From Catajapyx aquilonaris (Eukaryota): a stretch of DNA of 51,970 nucleotides. The stretch's first letter is position 1; each line of letters starts with the position of its first letter. The position numbers were made by a program, and so were the translations under genes. The notes beneath the pieces are model-generated. The model did not search any database. It saw only the letters and a program-made list of their open reading frames with translations, and was not told the DNA's origin. This document shows, piece by piece, positions 48,563 through 51,970 of the stretch. Location: positions 1 through 51,970 of the forward strand of contig JYFJ02002733.1 of assembly GCA_000934665.2 (NCBI GenBank), read 5' to 3'.

Positions 48563-51101
48563 ATGTCGGCCGATTCGCCGCCGGATGAGTGGGACGGCCC
48601 AGGGTCGGCCTCGGGGCGAAGGAACCTCAGCAGGATGAGATGCAGATGTGGGTGCCATTTCAGGGTGGATCGCATTTCTTTCGGAAATGGCCTTCCTATT
48701 GTCTTGTGGAGAAACTCTTCATATTATCGATATTATGTAATGTGTCAAGCTCACCATCAGCTGATGTTGGCCCAAACTTTTTGGCAGATTGAATGACATT
48801 TGGCCTAAGGTTGAGGTGCATGGCCCAACTTATGTTAAACAGTGGGCCTAACTGCATATGTAATTTTGAGTCACATTGGTGTAACCAGTGTAATTTCCAA
48901 TAATGTGTCTGAAAATTAAGGCACTGTAGATAGACACAGTGGGAATGTTCAGAGATAATGTACCTTATGCATGTGCAGTGCTCAAGGTATTGCTTCAAGT
49001 GTTTCATAGTGTGACAATTTCAAACACCAACCAATGTGAGCAATGTTTTAACAAAGTTGTATAATTCCAGGCCGTGGTATCTTCCGTCCATTCAAGCGCC
49101 AGCATCCATACTTTCTTCCCATTAACAGCCAACATCGGAGCAGCCGTAAGTCAATAGCTTTTTTGGAATGAGTAGTCTGAACTAGTGAGGAGGGAAGAAG
49201 TTGGTGAGATTTGTAAACCATGGGTGGGTTTTCCCATTCTCCTGCCAAGCCTGCCTGCTTCTGATAACCATGATTCTTGGTCAGAGGTTTCTCATGCATT
49301 ACCATAGTTACTAATTATTGTTGACTGCAGTAGGATGAAAAACTGATGGCATGTTTTGTTATTGTTCCTCTTTTACCTGTGGAGTCATACATTATGTATG
49401 CAGGTGGAACAAGGTGTATGGGGTTCAACTGAGGGCTTATGTCGGGTTTACAGGCCATTCGCCGAATCAATTAGGAAGCAGTACCTGCAGCTTGTTGAGC
49501 CTTTGAATCGTTGTTTTGCTTCTGGGTTTGAAGTTGGGGGAGTGACCAGGGACATCGAAATAAATTAATTCCTCAAGCTGAAGCAGAATGCAGATGGGAG
49601 CATTGTTGTCATTGTTGCCGAATCGTATGTTGCTAGGTAATGAACAAACACAACAATAAAAATGTGGAAATCGTGACGAATTGATTTGGCGAATGGCCTA
49701 TAAACTCGACTTCAGCCCAACTGAGCACAATCTCACTCTTAGAAGTTTCATTTAAACAGATAATCTATATAAATAAAGCCGTTTGTGATCTGTCTGTCTG
49801 TCGTCTGTCCGCCCACCTGTAACGCCAAATGTCATTTCCCTGCCATGGTCCGCTTCCTACACCTCCAACCTCTCCCGTCCTTCGACCCGGCCTTCTTAAA
49901 AGTGTCATGGTGGCTCTGTGCGTGAAAATTTTGACAGGGCTACTTCAGGTAGGTGTTTTCCCTTCATTCATTTCGTCCCAGGCAACGCCGGGTGCCGCAG
50001 CTAGTGTAATCATAAAAAAGGGACCTTTGTGGAGGAAAAACCAGTAGTTGGGGTGGAAGATAATTGCAGAGTGCCACACATTCTTTACTGGTTTGGACCA
50101 GCATAACTGCATGCCATGGGGTGGGTGGAAGTCAAAAAAATATATGTCAGCATAACATATGGATGACTCCTTGCCAACATGATTGTCTTGTCTGAGCCTT
50201 GCAGCCTACTTCCTTCTTACCAGTGTCAGGATATCAACTTCAGAAATTTTTATTGCAAAGCATCATACAAACTGAATCTCTCACATGCCCTGTAAGTTTT
50301 AAGAAGTTCATAATTATGTTTGCGTGAAGATGATATTTTAAAAAAATCTGCCACTAAATACCAGTGGTTCCATTTAATAATTCACACGGTATATTCTACT
50401 CACCAGTTGAAATACGTCTCCGAATGATGGCAAGTGCAAATGACACACACTGGCTGAACTGGTTGCTGGAACGTGGAGTTAGCGCCAATGCGGCAGACAA
50501 ACTGGGTCGTACTCCTCTGCACATGGCCGCCTCCAGAGGTCATGTGGAGGCTAGCCGTGTGTTGCTGAACTACAATGCTGACCCCAATCTGAAGGATGTC
50601 TTAGGCAATACCCCCCTGCATCTAGCAGCCTGCACCTCTAATCTGCGCCTGGTTACCCTTCTACTGGATGCTGGAACTGATGTCTCAGCTCCTGATGGGC
50701 TAGGTCGCAGCCCTTTGGCCTTGGCACAATCTAAGTTGCGCTTAATGCAAGGGAGGGTTAAGGAAGGGTTAGTGGAGTCAAATAACAAAAAGTGGATGGA
50801 AGAGCTAGTACAGGTCGTTGACCTCATACGAGCTGTCCTGAGAAGGGCAAAGCCTTTGCCATTGCAGGCTCAAAGTGAAGGGTCAGATGCAGATCACCTG
50901 CACACCCTGCTTGCTAGTGTGTCACTGGATACACAGAATGGACGCACACCAACTGATCTCAACCAGTTGCTTGAAGCGTTGGATGGGTTGCACATACAGG
51001 GAGCAGGGGATTCTGCCCCTGGGACAAGTGCGCAAGGGACAGATTCTACCCCTGCCCCTGAGACCGCCCAGGAACCAACTAACGAGGCTGGCACTGAATA
51101 A
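48563..51101 (+). CDS. ANKRD54: Ankyrin repeat domain-containing protein 54; join(48563..48647,49071..49145,50407..51101)
   Basis: LEIRLRMMASAND...GRTPLHMAASRG...GNTPLHLAACT...GRSPLALAQSKL matches ANKRD54. The two upstream exons are in phase 1 but less certain. Confidence 0.82.
49433..49718. mobile_element. MITE with ~40-bp TIRs and a 6-bp TSD
   Basis: gggcttatgtcgggtttacaggccattcgccgaatcaatt / aattgatttggcgaatggcctataaactcgacttcagccc; AACTGA on both sides (49427-49432, 49719-49724). Confidence 0.8.
49764..50004 (+). mobile_element. Short non-autonomous Helitron
   Basis: A|TCTATAT start, (CTGT)n microsatellite, 3' hairpin cccaggcaacgccggg and CTAG|T end. Confidence 0.85.
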
Positions 51102-51691
51102 AGTACAAACTCGCCAACAAGTACACTTTGTCATCACATTTTGTCGACATTTTTTAATCATGAGTAAATAAAATAAATATCCAAACAATTTGATACCTTT
51201 TTATGTAAGTTTGTGTGCCCCATTTCTATCACTTGCAGGCACGCTTGCAGGTAGGGTCTCCTGAGCTCCTGTTGGCCTGATCAACATTCCCCACTTGTTG
51301 GATTTGTCTTCATAGCATTGTAGAGCTAATTATATGCTGCTACACCAGGACGGTGGAGAGCTGGTAATAGGCCAAGGCCAGATGGGAAATATAGGCCTCA
51401 CTTCAAACATGCTTGATTGCCAGGGTCCTTTTTATTTTCATTGTGCATTGTGGAAGGGTTTTTAGCTATATACAGTACTGTACTGTTCGTCTCTGCACTC
51501 CCCATCGTGCTCCACCTGTTGTTACAATACACTCTGTATACTGCTGTTCTTGCCAAAGAAGGGAAAAGAATCCTCAGAACACGACGACCCTCAACCTGGA
51601 ACCTGGCATTATAAGCATGCACATTAAATGTTTCAAATATGCAGCATTAAAAACAGTGTTATTAGTATTGTCTGTGGGGAAATTTTGGAAT

Positions 51692-51970
51692 GTACAGGGT
51701 GTTCCAGAGTTGACGACTCACTCTTTGAAACGCAATTACTTTCGAACGGAACAACATATTTATTTAAAGTATGTACCAAAACATCAAGGGAGGGTGCGAA
51801 AATCTTCCATGTAGGTGGCAGTACTAAGCAATGCTCAGGTCTTGCAACAAAAGTGGCCGAAGCAAGACTGTCATTAGAGAAACGTGTCCAGTGTGTTCGA
51901 CTGTATTCAATGACAAAAAATGTTACAGAAGTGTGCCGTCAAATGGCCAACATTTTCGGTGGACCGGCTC
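51692..51970 (+). mobile_element. Tc1/mariner-like transposon 5' end with transposase N-terminus (runs off the window)
   Basis: TA|CAGGGTGTTCC terminus; reading frame ..ARLSLEKRVQCVRLYSMTKNVTEVCRQMANIFGGPA resembles the HTH N-terminus of mariner-like transposases. Confidence 0.65.

Overview
Gene-dense window from an animal genome, probably an arthropod (inferred from an arthropod-type TRPA channel, an ALG1 lacking the N-terminal TM segment, and insect-like tRNA-SINEs). Manual splicing gives 14 protein-coding loci: MXRA7-like(-), COX6B(+), selenoprotein MSRB1(-), UBFD1(+), a TRPA-family channel(+) frameshifted by a 19-bp tandem duplication, TFPT(+), HAGH(-), an uncharacterised JmjC/cupin protein(-), WBP2(-), HGD(+), DMC1(-), SNU13(+), ALG1(-) and ANKRD54(+). 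Ten of them form five head-to-head pairs on CpG-rich spacers, most with YY1-like motifs. Introns and intergenic DNA hold tRNA-derived SINEs (two with a Deu/Nin-like domain), non-autonomous Helitrons, and piggyBac-, hAT-, Harbinger- and Tc1/Tigger-type MITEs, including a four-level nest. Main observations: (1) MSRB1 reads through an in-frame UGA as selenocysteine and has a canonical type II SECIS; (2) SNU13 intron 1 holds a candidate 51-nt poison exon framed by box C and box D motifs, suggesting K-turn-based autoregulation; (3) the TRPA frameshift; (4) two GC-AG introns in HGD. Gene identities rest on recalled motifs, not on database searches.
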